A DNA stretch of 64,000 nucleotides. Origin: the human T2T-CHM13v2.0 reference genome, Homo sapiens. The number at the start of each line of letters is the position of its first letter. Position 1 is the first letter of the stretch. A model generated the notes under the pieces. That model searched no databases, had not been told where the DNA came from, and worked only from the letters and a program-made list of their open reading frames with translations. A program made the position numbers and the translations under genes. Location: the NCBI RefSeq assembly GCF_009914755.1, contig NC_060940.1, one strand, 5' to 3'. Below, piece after piece: positions 40,181 through 53,952 of the stretch.

Positions 40181-41329
40181 GCCCACAGGATCTTTCACTT
40201 GCATGGAGTCCTGTGAATTCACAGGGGCCCTTCCTTCCAGGCCGCTCTCCTCCCACCCGACACTTACACACAGTGACACCTGTAGCAGCCACCTCATCCA
40301 CGTGCAGGGACATGGCTGATTTGAACCGGTAGACTGTGAATGTCAGCTTACTCTGTGCTGCTAAACAGACCTCACTTAATGCTCAGCGGGTTCCCTAAAA
40401 GGCTGTTGGATGATGACAAATAAAGTAAGGGCTAATTCTGGGATTAAATGTGTTGGGAGGGTTCGAAAAGAGGGACACCAATAATATCTTAATTCTCTTT
40501 GATTTTTCTGCTTTCATGGCTGATGAAGCTACAAAAATGTATTTCTCTCCAGAAATCAAAAAGTCATTTAATACCCACCCAACAGATCCCTTGTGGGGAT
40601 TGAATAAGAACATTTAGATAAAAGTGGAACACAGGAGTTCGTCGCAAAAATTAGTGAAGGAATGAATGGATTTCATCATTGGTACATCAGAGGGCTCCAA
40701 GGGTTTTGAAGTGGGCGTAGATATCTTGATTTGGGACCTGAAGAAAGAGCACTAGCTTATTCTAGCCCCAGTAATGCCCCTGAGTTATTACAGATCCTCT
40801 TTCAGGAGTGAGTGGAATCATGGAGTCCAGCCCCAGCAGGAAACTGACACACAGAGGGAGGAAGGGACTGGCTCAAGGTCACATTGGCAAACCAGGCCTG
40901 GAATTCTACACAGTGCTCTTTCCAGTGTGCTCAGCTGCCTCCTTTTAGGATAAAGAAGGGAAGAAAAAATTGGCCCAGAACACACACCATTTGAACCCCT
41001 TAAATATTGAAGGAGGACTGGAAGGCAAGCAGACATCTCTTCCACTCTCTTTCCTGGTCCTGCGCTACAGGTCACACATAACAAGGCCCTTTCAGTGGGA
41101 CACACTGGGCTCTGGGGTATCAGGGCATCGTCTACAAGAAGAGCGAGGGCCTTGGTTGGACACAACCCTTAGTTTACTCATCTGTAAAGTGGGCATAATT
41201 TTATATAATTTATAATCTGGTAAATTAACCTACTGTCTTATCTCCTGATAAATATAAAGAGTTATCACAGTGTCTGGCACATGATAAACCCTCCATAAAT
41301 AGTAGCCATCACTAACATTTCTTATGATA

Positions 41330-42220
41330 GAAAATATAGAAAAATACACAAAAAATCACCCATTACCCTGAAACTAGAGAGAACAAAAATTAATATTCTA
41401 CAGATTATCCTTCCAGCCCTTCTTCCCCCAGCCTATATAATATATACATATACATATATAAACACATACATATACACATATATTTACACATGCACATCCA
41501 TATGTATGTGTGTATGTATTTTATCGTACACATTTTTCATAATTTCACATTATCTCATAATTTGTTAATAATACTCAAATTAATATTTTGAGTACATGTT
41601 AACCATTTCCTATGTCACAAAAATCTTCCAAAATATGATTTTTTCATGGTTCTTTTAACAAATCCCATTACTGGAGACTTCAGCTTGTCGACTTTTTGCT
41701 ATTACAATAAATCATTAGTAGTTATTTCTACAATAAACCTTTGTAAATAATTCTGATAATTTCTTCAGGATAATTCCTTATTATGGATTTCCTGGGACAA
41801 AGGGCATGCATAGTTTTGAAGATTTTGATATAAATTTCCAAATTGTTCTCCAAAATATTAAATCACCTCATTTCCTCCCAAGCAGCATAAAGGTGTGTGT
41901 GCTCACATCTTCACCAACCCTGGGGATCATCACTTTAAATGCCTTTGCCTTTTTGGATAGGCCCAAAAGATTGCATCTTGTTGCTTAATATTGCATCCTT
42001 GATTGCAGTGAAGGTTGACTCTTCATCTGTATTTATTACCTTATGAACTGCCTGGTTAAGTCTATTTTTCTACTGGGGTGCTTGTCTAAGTTCAACTAAT
42101 ATGTCCCAGATGAACAAATGTATAAGAGGGTGCTGTATAATTGGAATGCTAATGTTTTGTCACTGTTATCTACTGAAATATTTTTCCCATATTGTCCTTT
42201 TGGTATCTTTTAGTATCTTA
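41330..42220 (-). mobile_element. Ancient L1 (L1ME-like) remnant with a low-complexity (TA/CA) tract
   Basis: ttccaaattgttctccaaaa...catcttcaccaaccctggg...ttcatctgtatttattacc. Confidence 0.6.
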
Positions 42221-45200
42221 ATCAAAATCTTGGAAGAGTATGATCTAGGCATGATGTCCCTCTGGTCCTGAAATTCTGTCATTGATGACTAAGCAATCTC
42301 ATTCATGTTCATTCCTGTTCTTAAGACTGTTTTTCCATGCAGGGCAAAAGCCACTCCAGTAGGGCTCCAGTTTCCTGACCATGAGGGCTCTTCTCACATC
42401 ACACCAGAGTACTTCTCGGGGCCCCAGTGCCAACCACTGTTTAATAACAAAGTTCTTCGGGGCCTGTCCCTGTTGCAGCTTGGACTCTCCATTTTCTAAG
42501 CGCAACATCTACATTCAGTACCCAAAAGCTCTGGTGGGTCACAGACCAGGAATATTGCCTTTGAATAAAGTGGGGGCATGGGGCAAAGGGGAGAGAAAAG
42601 AAAGAGCAGCTGGGTTTTTTTTTTTTTTCAAAGCAACCTAATTTAAGTGTAAAAATCAACTTTTCTCTAAACAATGCGTCAACAACCTGAGAGCTGTGAA
42701 TGATGGTGCTAAAGCTGGGCAACATGTGAGGAAAAGCTTTTATCAAAAGCCCAGGGGGAAGCTGGCTCCATGCTTGCAGAGGACATTCCTGAACTGGATG
42801 GTTCACCCACCATGCTATGCCTTACATTCTTCCAGATCTTCATTGTCCCATCTGCAGTCCCTGAACAGGAGCCACGTGCCTTCAGCCAGTGTCACAGACT
42901 CTGGCTCATTGTGCCTGACCCCGTGCTCCCCAGCTTCCATTCTTCCTCCTTCTAGTAATGGGGCTGCCAGTTCCCTCTGGCAATTTCCCATTCTTGGTTC
43001 ACGTGTGTTTTGGGAGACGTTGATTCTCAGGTGGGGATTTGACGCACGCCTGGCCAATCAGAGCTTGTGGTCTCAGCTGTCCTTGCAGGGAGGGGCGAAT
43101 GATGCAATTCAGGCTAATAAGAGTCAAGAATCTTTGACCTAAACTGTCTTTGACCCAAACTATCAGGGACAAGAGCCCTCCCTTCCACTATGCCAGTATG
43201 GTGAATGTGGAGGTCTGGAGCATGGAGGTCTGGAGGTCTGATTATCTTGCCACCCTAGGATCCAACAGACAGAAGCAAAGTGGAGACAATGGGACTGAGT
43301 CCTGAGGACAGTATTGGGCCCCAGATCAAGCCATGTCTGAGGCCCATGGTGGACTTTTTAGTGATGTGGGTCAATCAACTCCCTATTTTGGCAAAAGCCC
43401 TTTTGAGTTGTTTTCTGCTGTTATCGTGGAAGGAGTCACGATTAACACAATCTATTCCAAATGTTAGATCTCTGCCTTGAACAGATGAATTGTGGATATC
43501 CAAATCCAGCCAGGGTTCCAGGCTTCACAGCTAAGGGGGGCATTGGCACTGCAATGAGCTCTTAAGACAGAGACCTGGAAACACGCATGCATGGAACAGT
43601 TGATGAAACACAGGGGGTGACTTCAGGAAGAAGTGACAGCCTGTTGTCACACAGACCTGGCAGCATAGACTATTGGATGAAGACCTTTTAGAGTTAGATT
43701 TTATAATTCAGTGTAAGGAAAAGTTACTGACTCTCAGATGTAAGAAGGTAATGAGCTCCCTGCCCGTGGAAGCATTTAAGTGGAAAGTACCTAAAGGGTT
43801 AGGTCATTCAAAAGATTGAAGCATCGGGTGCAGCTGGGACCAGATGCCCCGTACATCCCTGCCATCCCTGAGTTTACAAAGAGTCTGTTTTCAGGATGAA
43901 GATGTTAGTGTTTGAATCAAGTCTTCCTTATTTGTGACCCAGCTTCTCCAGTGGGGAAATCATGTTTATGAGGGTCAAGTTGCCATGGAGATGACTGAAC
44001 ATGGTAGAGGCAATGTTTAAAGCAAAGCAACAGAGAAATTGCTTTTCGAGTGTGGACCGTGAACCCCCACCTGAAACCTTAACCACGTCTCCTGTTACCT
44101 GCCACTTACATACACATTGAGGGCCTCCTCTAGAGGGAACTTGGCTGCCAGAGACCAGTCACAGGCTGGGTAGGGCGGGGAGAAGAGTTGACCTCTGGAC
44201 ATTGCTGAAGATTGGCCTTTGTGAGGGTCAGGGGCCCCGGCTGGGGGTTCTGCTTAAGGGTTCTTCTCTTGGTTCATTCCTACTAAACAGGGAATCCTCC
44301 ATTCCGCAGCTATTCTGTGTCCACCTCCTTGTAACCCAGAACCACCTGCTTATTTCTAAAAGGGAAACTGAGTCACGGAGTGGCCCATATTCTTTACAGA
44401 AATGTTCTTGCTGTGTCTCTTTTAAGATGTTGCTATATATTTTTTTGAAATGTTAAAAACCACCATTGCGTTCATATTTAGGTAATTATTTTGAGAATCA
44501 TTTAATATTAAAAACAATTTTTCTAGTTAATGGTGTTTGTTTTTTCTAGATTGTTGCTTTTAAAGTGTATGTGTGTATGTGCTTCATTGCTGTGGCTGAA
44601 ATTCAGTTCAAGTTCATGGAAAAACAGTTTCTAAAATACAGATTAGCTGTTTACAGCCTTTTTAAAGGGATATATCCAGTGCACCACACCAGCCATACCT
44701 GAACTACAGGGGTTTTTATGACATTTTTGTGGGCCCGATAGAGCCATTGGGAGGAAGCCGTCTTTTTAACTAAATTTCCTTAAAAACAGAAATTATGAGT
44801 TTTCCTCTTATCTCAACATCTTCCACTTCTCCCTTTTCTGTTAGTAATTTCCCCCTTCTCCCCTCATTTGGGTAAATATTTCTTGTGCCTGGAACTCTTA
44901 TGATCCATAATCCACCAAGAATAAACCGTGCAGATGTTTTTTAAATGGGCCAAAATGGACACTTTCAACATCTCATTCCCCAGGGTATTTTATTGTTGAT
45001 TTTTATTTAGGGAAAAAGAAGTATCATCACTTTTGGCAATGAAACCAAGGCTATTGCCTGCCTATAAAAGCAATGTCCTGGTAACACAGACATGAACACC
45101 TTGTGTGAGTGAACGTGGTAATTAGGAAAGTTTCCCTAAGATAAAATGCCAACATATTAACAGCGTCACCTCTAGCGTGAGAGAAATATGATTAATTTCT

Positions 45201-46611
45201 ATTTTTGTTTTTTACACTTTTCTGGGCTTTGGATTATCTATAGTGATTGTGCACTAGTTTAAAAAATAATTTTAATTCAAGAACAAATGCATGACTACGC
45301 ATTCCTAGAAAAACATTATAGCATGAGGTTAAAGTGTCCTTTGACCCTGCTCCCTTCCACAGTGGGTCCCTCTCCAGAAAGAACTGCTATTATCAATTTG
45401 ATCTGTACCCTTCCAGACCTTTCTTTTATTAATTTAGACACATACACACACATCTGTACATATGCATTTATGTATTTCTTAAAAATCGAGGGAAAAAACA
45501 AAGAATTTGGTGAAAGTATAGTCTACAGTACTTACAAATGTTTTTCATAAAACAAGAAAGAGTTTTAAAGACTTCTTAGCGCAACTCCCTCACTTAACAA
45601 ACGCCGCACTCGAGAGCTCTCGCACGCCTCTCTTCCCATGAAGCCGCCCCGTGATGGGAGCCACATTTTGATATGTGGGTCTTCAGACGAGCAGGCAGAT
45701 GTGTAAATACTCGTCTCCTAGGCCTGAGTATGATTTTTAATAATCGAATATGGAGCTCGAGCCAACATTTTATTCAGGCACTAAATTTAAAAGTGGAGCC
45801 AAGAGACCTTAAAAAACTTATGATTCCACAAATGCAGGGAATTTTCCTGCAAGATTGCTATCTCAAAACTAAAAGCGTAAAACCAGCCTTGGGTGGCTTG
45901 GCCCTCTTTCCTGAGCTCCAGCTCAGGGGTGTTCTTGTGTCTCTAGTGAGCTGCCTGGACTAAGGCCCTCCAGACAGCTTGGGCGGGGGATCCTCATGCC
46001 CACTCCCACCCCTATCCCTGCCTCAGGCCCAAGGAGGCCTCCTGAAGCCTCTTGGCTCTGTTATTGCCCCTCTCCCTTTCATACAACCCTTGGAGCGAGC
46101 ACCTGAGTGCCCTGTGATAAAGATAGCATTTCGACTTGAAAGCATAATTGCTGACACACATTACTGTTTCCCCGGAGGACATCAGTCCAGACAAATCCTC
46201 TACAAACCTAGGACAGCAAACTTGGCAGTTTATGATGGAAGCCTGTGTGTAGCTTGTGGTCTCCCTGGTGAAGTAGCTCTGTCTCCTTTTTAGGACTCGG
46301 GTCCAAACACCTGCCACGCCAGCAACAGCCTCAACCCTTCCCCCTCTGCTCTCCCTGACCCAGGTGAAAAGCAGCAGCTGCTGACTGCTGGCACTGCCCG
46401 TCCCATCCTGCCATGCCCATCACCAGGATTCAGAGCTCAAAGGCTTAGGTGAAGCTCTGCTCGCCCACTGCACCATTTGGAGATTCCAGGGAATGCAGCA
46501 AACCCCTCCAAGATGAGGCACTGAGGACTGAGGGCCAGGGGATGTCCCTCCACCTCAGAAAGGAGAAGACCGATGGAAACTTTCATGGGAACTTGTGTTT
46601 GCCAGGTCTCA

Positions 46612-46847
46612 TTTGTTCATTCATTCAGCAAATATTTATGAGCGCCTACTATGTGCCCAGCACAAACCAATATACATCAGTTGGTAATAAGCTCAAGAAA
46701 GAACAATAAAATGGGGCAGAGGGGATAGTGAAGGCAAGGGGGTAGAGTTGCTGTTTTATAAGTGGTGGTCAGGGATGGTCCTAATGTTTGAGTGACATGT
46801 GAGCAGAGACTTGGAGGAAGTAAGGGTGTGAACCACGTGTGGAGATC
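46612..46847 (-). mobile_element. L2 LINE remnant
   Basis: ttcattcattcagcaaatatttatgagcgcctactatgtgccc...gacatgtgagcagagacttg. Confidence 0.8.
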
Positions 46848-46985
46848 AAATTAGCTAGGCATGGTGGCACGTGTCTGTAGTCCCAGCTGCTCAGGAGGCT
46901 GAGGCAGGAGAATCGCTTGAACCTGGGAAGCGGAGGTTGCAGTGAGCCGAGATCAAGCCACTGAGACTCCGTCTCAAAAAAAAAA
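46848..46985 (+). mobile_element. Alu right monomer (AluS-like) with an internal deletion
   Basis: aaattagctaggcatggtggc...gagatcaagccactg|agactccgtctc(A)n; the cactccagcctggg.. segment is missing. Confidence 0.9.
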
Positions 46986-48539
46986 CTCCTATTACACAAA
47001 TGAAATTCACCCAGTAGCAGTGAATGGACTCTGCCCAACACACTCCTCATGCCTGGTGTTTGGAGGATTCTGTAACTCTCGCTTAAACTTGTAAAGGCTA
47101 TTGAACAGTCTGACTCCTTTCCAGATCAATAAGGAAAGAAAAAGATCTGGTTTTCAACAATTCATCTGGAAAAAAAAGATTCATGGTCCAGGTGTAATGC
47201 TTTTTACTATTATTTTTAAAATTGTTTCAAGGCTACAAAGTATAATGTTTTCACATGCATCATTCCATTTGATCTTCATAGCTATATAAGATGGGCAGGA
47301 ATTATTATTTCCATTTCACAGAAGAAGAAACAGATATTCAGAAAGATTCATGACTTGTCCAAAGTTATTCAGAAAGTGGATGGGGACCCTTCATGTAGTA
47401 CTACTTCTTCTGACTCCCAAAACCATGTGGATTCCTGGGCTTCCCAATGCGTGCCTGCTATGGGATGGATGCTCATGGCATGGAATCTGAGGCAAAGAGC
47501 CAAAGCTTTTCTCATTGGATGTTTCCCCTGAACCACATGGATTTCTTCCACATAACAAGGTGGCTGCATTTGCCCAAATCTGTACCATGGGTCGACAGGG
47601 AGTGAACATGGAAAACCATCTCTAAGTGCCTCTGAAGGGTTCGAAAAAGGAAATAGAGCCTCACCTTCTTAGCACTTCACCTGACCAACTTGTTTGTCCT
47701 TGTCTTTTACAGTGATGGTTGTCAAGACCTCCCACTAACAATTTGGAAAATAAGTCAAATGACTAATTGACAAACACAGTGTTTTCAGTCAGCGCCTTGA
47801 TAGACCACTGCACTATTCTGATGGAAGGCTGCCAGGCATGCAACAACCTAACAGTAATAGGTCCATGCTGTCTTCGACCTCACATCCAGAGTTCTTGGTT
47901 TGGAATAGTATTAATGTGCAGGCATTGAGCGTTGATTTATTTTAACCGACCAGCAACAGCCATTGTGAAGCACAAGTGAGCAGACACCCACAAGGAGGAG
48001 GAAGTTCAGAAACCAATTCAAATTTGCATATTCATTTGTTTGATAAAGGAGGTATTTCCAATAAGTCAGGAAATTAATAATGATTTAATGAAATTGTAGG
48101 GCGGAAATTGATTAACCATTTAGAAAATACAAGGTTAGGCATCACCTCACTTTCCAGGTCCAAATAAATATCAGCCCAATTAAAGACATAAATGTAAAAC
48201 TAAAAAAAAAATAAAAGAAATAAACCAGATGATAGGGAGCTTTTTATCTGAACTTGAACTGGAGAGGATCTTTGCAAACATCCACACAGGGAAAGGTGGT
48301 GCATATGAAAAGATTAATGATTTGACAACTTAAATATGCTCATGTTTTTGTTAAAATACAGTCCTGTTCCCTTTGGCCTTTCTTCACCCTCACTGTTAAA
48401 ATCCATTTTTCTCTCCTTCCCTGTGTCCCTAAGGCCTTCCTCCATCCAAGAAGGATCAAGGGAGAACTCTGTGCTGCTCATCCTGAGAAAGGGAAGGCAG
48501 AAATCCAGGAAAGGGAAGCAGATTACCTAGGAACAAAAA

Positions 48540-48780
48540 GCTTGAGAGTAGCCAACAGCTAGACGGCCTGGGTTTAAATCCCAGCTCTGCCACTTACTAG
48601 CTGTGTGGCCTTGGGCAAATAACTCCCTCTCTCTGAACTTTAGTTTCCTCATCTATAAATGAGGAGAGAAATGATGCCTGTCCTGTCAGCTTGTTCTGAG
48701 GACTAAATGAGTTAACCTGTAGCGCTGGGAAGAGTGCCAGCTCTGTAGTAAGTTCTCTGTAAACGGTAAGTTTATTACTA
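48540..48780 (+). mobile_element. MIR SINE
   Basis: cctgggtttaaatcccagctctgccacttactagctgtgtggccttgggcaa...agtttcctcatctataaatg. Confidence 0.9.
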
Positions 48781-51700
48781 GACTAAGATCAGACTTACCT
48801 TACCCTGGAGGTTGGGGATTGGCTCACACATGTCTTCATCACAGCAATAGGTGCTGGGCCAGCATCAAGCCCTCAATAAATACTGATTTTAGATAGAAAC
48901 TGAGTAACTGTGTATAGTACTTGGGACATTCCTTTTAGGTCTATTATTTTCTGTTAGCCATACAATAACATTGGGATGTAAACAGGCTGAGCATGATTGT
49001 GTACCCATTTCAAAGAGGACAAAACTGAGATGTGAAAAGCCTTGCCTAGGGCCACAGAGAGTTGGACTTAGACTCAAATATTCTGGCTTCTCCAGTACAC
49101 TTTTACACCCCAACCTAAAACTACACTGAAACCTTAACCCTGCCACCCACCAAACAAACACTAGCCATGATGTGCTTGTTCTTGTCTCCAAAAGTGTCCA
49201 TTTATGAGCTTATCCTGTACCCAATCCAGAGCTACGTGCTGCACATGCGCCATCTCACTTAGTCCTTGGAGCAATTCCACAGAATCGACTTTATTGCCTC
49301 CATTTTACCCAAAAAGAAACCAAGGCCTAGAAGGGGTAGGCGAGGAGCCCAAGGTCACACAGGGACAGAAGGAAATCCCTATTCAAATGAGGCCTGTGTG
49401 ATGACAAAGCTGAGCTTCCTCACCACTACTGTAAACCAGGGTCAGAACTGAAAAGCTCAAGGCCCAGACCGCTCCTTAAAGTGGTTCATCATCCATCCTG
49501 GGAGGATGACATGGCTCAAAATAGACGGCATCAGGATTTAGACCCAGGCTGACTGACTTAGGGGCCTATACTTTAGTTCCTATGCTACCACCCAGTTAGT
49601 CCCCAGAAAATAATACTAAAATACTAGTACAGAAATAAATCATTATATACCTACTAAGGATGAAAACATGGGGCCAGGTTATATAAGAACCGCAGAGGGA
49701 CCCATAGTTTATTAATGCACCAATAGATTCAACCAATGTATGTTTAGCACCTGCCGTATGCCAAGCACCGTTCTAGACATCTAGTGACACAAGCCACATG
49801 CTACCAGAGAGTTTGCAAAAAGATCAGGAAGAGGAGACAGAGAGTTAGGCAATAAGTTAACTAGCAATTAAAGATTAAAATAATAGTTCAGATAAGGAGG
49901 GTGTTGGCTTCATGGCTCCAGGAAATAGATCGATGGTTTCTGCCCTCAAAACACTTAAGACCTTTTTGAGAAGACAAGACACACAAATCATCAACAGATA
50001 AGTTCAAAGGCAAAAGTAAGTGGTATAGATGACTGCAGAAAGACAGTCATCTAGAAAATGATGACTAAATTGCCAAGGGAGAGATTTGAACAAACCATGA
50101 TTCTGGAAGGATTTGTGGGATTTGGGAAGCTAGGGAAGATTCATGCAGGCTCCAGAGCCTTAGCTGGCAAATCTGTGGCTTACGGCCATAGTTAGCTATT
50201 ATTTTTCAGAGTTTAAATGAAAAAAAAAAATTCCCACTAAAATAAAATAATAGAGGAAAGATAGTGTCCTCCTGGCTTCTCCTCCTACCTCCACCATCCC
50301 CACCCACATAAATTCTTCACATTGTCACTCACCTCTTTCCTGGATTGCCTGGATCCCCATATCTGATGGAAATTGAGGCAGGGAATAATTATGAAGACAT
50401 GTTCCCTTCTTCCTGCTCACCCCCTCCTCAAATCACTCCTGACCCCACTGTAAGGAGACAATATTGAAAATACTCAAAAATAACCCCACTAAAAACATGA
50501 ATCAAAAAGTCACGGCTCATGGACATGTTTTTAAAATTGCTTAGTTGCATGCAAGTCCCTTTAGTGCTCGAAGGACTTTAATAAAATTGATTTTCTGAGT
50601 ATAGCCTTTTAGCAGCTACTGTATAAGCTTGAAATATGAACCCTTCATTGTCGAAAGTGTTTCATTTTTGCCCTGTTACTAATGATGAAGGGAAAGTGTG
50701 GGTTTGGAATTCTCCATGGCTGACATTCTCATAATTAAATAGTATTAATAATAAAGCTTTGCAGATTTTAAACAAACTGGCACAGAGGTGGAACGGTTTG
50801 CCGTATTTCATTTAGAGACCACAGCAATTAGCCCTTAATGAATAGTACACAGCGACATATAAGGGAGTTATTTCTACACATCGTTTATTTGCCAAATCAC
50901 AAAAGGCGACATTTTCATTCTGCTGATTGAAAATGATTCTCAGGATTTCTTCTGAAGGCCTCTTAAGTAATTGCATTGTGAAACTTAAATAAATAAATAA
51001 CAATAAAGAGAGGAACGTTAATTGCTTTTAATATCTACGGTCTAATTTCAGCTTAGCACACTAAGAACTCTGAATCTCAAGCTCTACAACAATAGATCAA
51101 AAATAGAAGGCTCATCATGGTTGATATATTTAGAGGCTGATGTTTTTGTTTTATAATTTTAGGAGAGATTTTGTTCCCAAGCTCATTGTTAGTCGTCTCT
51201 GTGAACTGGCATGGGGGTGTTTTTATAGAGGACTCTTGGGTGGGGTGACTGTGAAGTTGTTGCCAAAGGAAAATGACAATGCTTATCTGAAGGTGAGACA
51301 AGAGAAAGAACTGTTCAGCTGTCAAGGTCGTGAATGACAAAGGAAGGGTTATCCTTGTAGAGTCTGCCCTGAGGCTTTTAAAGAGCAGGATAAATTATTT
51401 TTTAAGGTTAGGTGGGCTCTAGAACTATTTTTACACACTTGAAAATAGTATTTCTTATCTTTGAGTGTCAGCGATCTCATCTGCAGTGAAGGAAGGAGAA
51501 AGAAGAAATAGCTAGACAAATCCTAAAGTCACCTCAGTGCTGTGGAACACACAGATCCCCCATTTCTATATGGGATTTACTGAATTGGAATTTCTGAGGA
51601 AAGGGCTTAGGAATTCTGCCCTTTGAGAAAATGACCATGAGTATCTGGTAAACTTGGTAAAAACTTACTAAGGGAACCTTTGAACCCTTCAATTCCAGGA

Positions 51701-53544
51701 CTGTGGACAGAGGCAAGGCCAGCCATACTTTGAAGCAGAGCATTGTGGGAGATAGCGGGTGCTGCCCGCAGTGATGGTCACTTGAGGAACTCACAGGCCC
51801 CCAGCCTAAAAGATCTCTTCCAACCAGTCTGACACAGTGCTGCAAACGTCCCCACCAAGGGACAATTTGCCCTTCAATGTAACTCATAAATGAGCAAGGG
51901 TTGTAAACAGCAGGACTGAGAAATGGTAAGTTAAAAAAAAAAAATCTGAATGGAAAGTCAACTGAGGACAAGAGTGGGTTAGGAGGGGGCACAGAGACTC
52001 CCATGGAGGGATCAGTGCTCAGTACAGTACAATACAAAGACAGGTGAATGGATAATCAGAAGATCACAATTGCACTCTTTACTGTACCATTAATTCCCTA
52101 GTGATGCTGGGGGTCTGTGTCCTTTCTGGGTCTCAGCTTCCCCAGCTAGAGGATGAAGTGGTTGAAGTAGGTGCCTAGGGCCCCTTCAGGCTGTGATATT
52201 ATAGCTCACAGGGCCTGGCAGCTTTGCCAAGGGCTCATCCTGATTTCTGCTTTGGGCCATGTAGCCTAATTCTGCTTGGGAGTAAGAGCCTAGGTAAAGC
52301 ACTTTTCTTTGGCCCTCTAGTGAATTCCAGGATGCATATAACTAGAGTGGGCCAACTCCAGGGTGGTCAATGCTAAGTTCACCTCCAGGGGTTTTAGGAA
52401 TTAGACACAGTCTTAAAAACTAAGAAACAAAGCAGGATTTTAAAAAAATATCCTGGTCTCTCCAAATAAAGAAAAATTTAAAACAACGTAATATAAATAC
52501 CTGTCGCTAGAAACAATCTACTTTTTAAATTTTTTAATCTTGTACTACCATTTAACCTTTTTCCCAATGCTCTTGCAAATTCATTAGTACGACAAGGTTC
52601 ATATAACCCAGAGCACCTAGCACAGCAGGTGTTCAATGTGTGTCAGGTGAACTAATTGATATATTAGTAATTTATTTGGTGTTTCACTGTCCTAAATGTT
52701 TTTCATGCATTTTATCATTTAATATGCACAATCATCCTTTCAGGTAGGATTATTAGGATGAGTGGGATTATTGCCCCATTCTTCAGGCACATTCAATCCT
52801 AAGCATGTTCTCTCAATGACTGGGTACCCTGCCTCTTTCTGCTATCAGTCCTAAAGTTGATTCTCAAGTGGTTATTCATAGCATCATAAAACCTTAGGGA
52901 TGAAAGGGAACTTTGGAAGTCATCTCGTTCAAACCCTTTATTGGGCAGAAAAGCAACTGAGCACATTGCCTCATTCTAAGCCATGCAGGAAGTCAGCAGA
53001 AAATCCAGAACCAGACTTAAATCCCCCCTGGGCCAGTGGAGGGCCTTCTCAGAATCCTGAACCAGGCAGTAGATTTTTCAGTCTGTAAAGGAAAGGCAAA
53101 TATAAGGAATAGACTAAGAAATTGGAAGTTGGAAGAGTTCACAGAGGCCACTTGGAATTCCTTCAGCAAATTTGTCCTAAGACAAACATACCTGGAGGCC
53201 TAGGTGGAATGAATCATACTCAATTCCAGCTTGTCCAGTCCATAAATAGCTGAACAACCACCAGAGAACTCAGACCCAACGGATGCCCTAGTGAGAGCCT
53301 TATGTTTCAACACGAATATCCTAGAGGAGACTTCTTCCGCCTCCAGTAGGCTCTAGAAGTGAACCCGAGTTAATTCCAGCCTAGTCTCTAAGCATGGGAG
53401 CCAATCATAACATCACATTCCCCTGGCCTTCTGTGATTGGTTCAGAGATGGACAGGCAATCTCATCAGAGCCACTGAAATTTCTCCTTAGATTCTTGGGA
53501 GAAAGTCCACCTGCTCTGTTTTGCCAGATTTGACCCAGGGTAGT

Positions 53545-53695
53545 ACCTAATACAAGTGGAGTCATTCCATATTTGTCCTTTCGTGACTGGCTTGTTTCAC
53601 TTAGCATAATGTTCTCAAGGTCAACCATGTAGAAACATGTGTTAGAATTTCCTTCCTTTTAAAGGCTAAATACTATTCCATTGTATGTACATACA
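53545..53695 (-). mobile_element. L1M (L1MB-like) 3' fragment
   Basis: gtgactggcttgtttcacttagcataatgttctcaaggtcaaccatgtag...tactattccattgtatgtac. Confidence 0.8.
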
Positions 53696-53697
53696 GA

Positions 53698-53952
53698 GTC
53701 CTCATGAGTGGGATTAGTGTCCTGACAAGAGACAAAGAGACAGAAGAGCATGCATTCGCTCTCTCCCTGCCATATGAGGATACAAGAAGACAGCCATCTG
53801 CAAATCAGGGCACAGGCCCTCACCAGACACCAGATCTTCTAGCATCCTAGTCTTGGACTTAGCCTCCAGAAATGTGAGAAATAAATGTTTGTTTTTTTCA
53901 AGCAACCCAGTCTACAGTAATTTGTTATAGCAGCCTTGAAATGACTAAAACA
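53698..53952 (+). mobile_element. MaLR LTR 3' part (MLT1A/MSTD-like)
   Basis: ccctcaccagacacc...gcctccagaaatgtgagaaataaatgtttg...tttgttatagcagcc. Confidence 0.8.

Noticed and set aside
39259-40297. 149-aa and 151-aa minus-strand ORFs
   Set aside because: No recognisable homology. One starts in a low-complexity (TTTTG) tract; the other overlaps an L2 remnant.
51534-52037. 167-aa minus-strand ORF
   Set aside because: No domain similarity; it overlaps probable decayed MER5/MER20-like sequence and a poly(A/T) run.
53030-53048. CTCF-like motif ggccagtggagggcc
   Set aside because: It deviates from the core consensus and cannot be supported without a PWM score or ChIP data.
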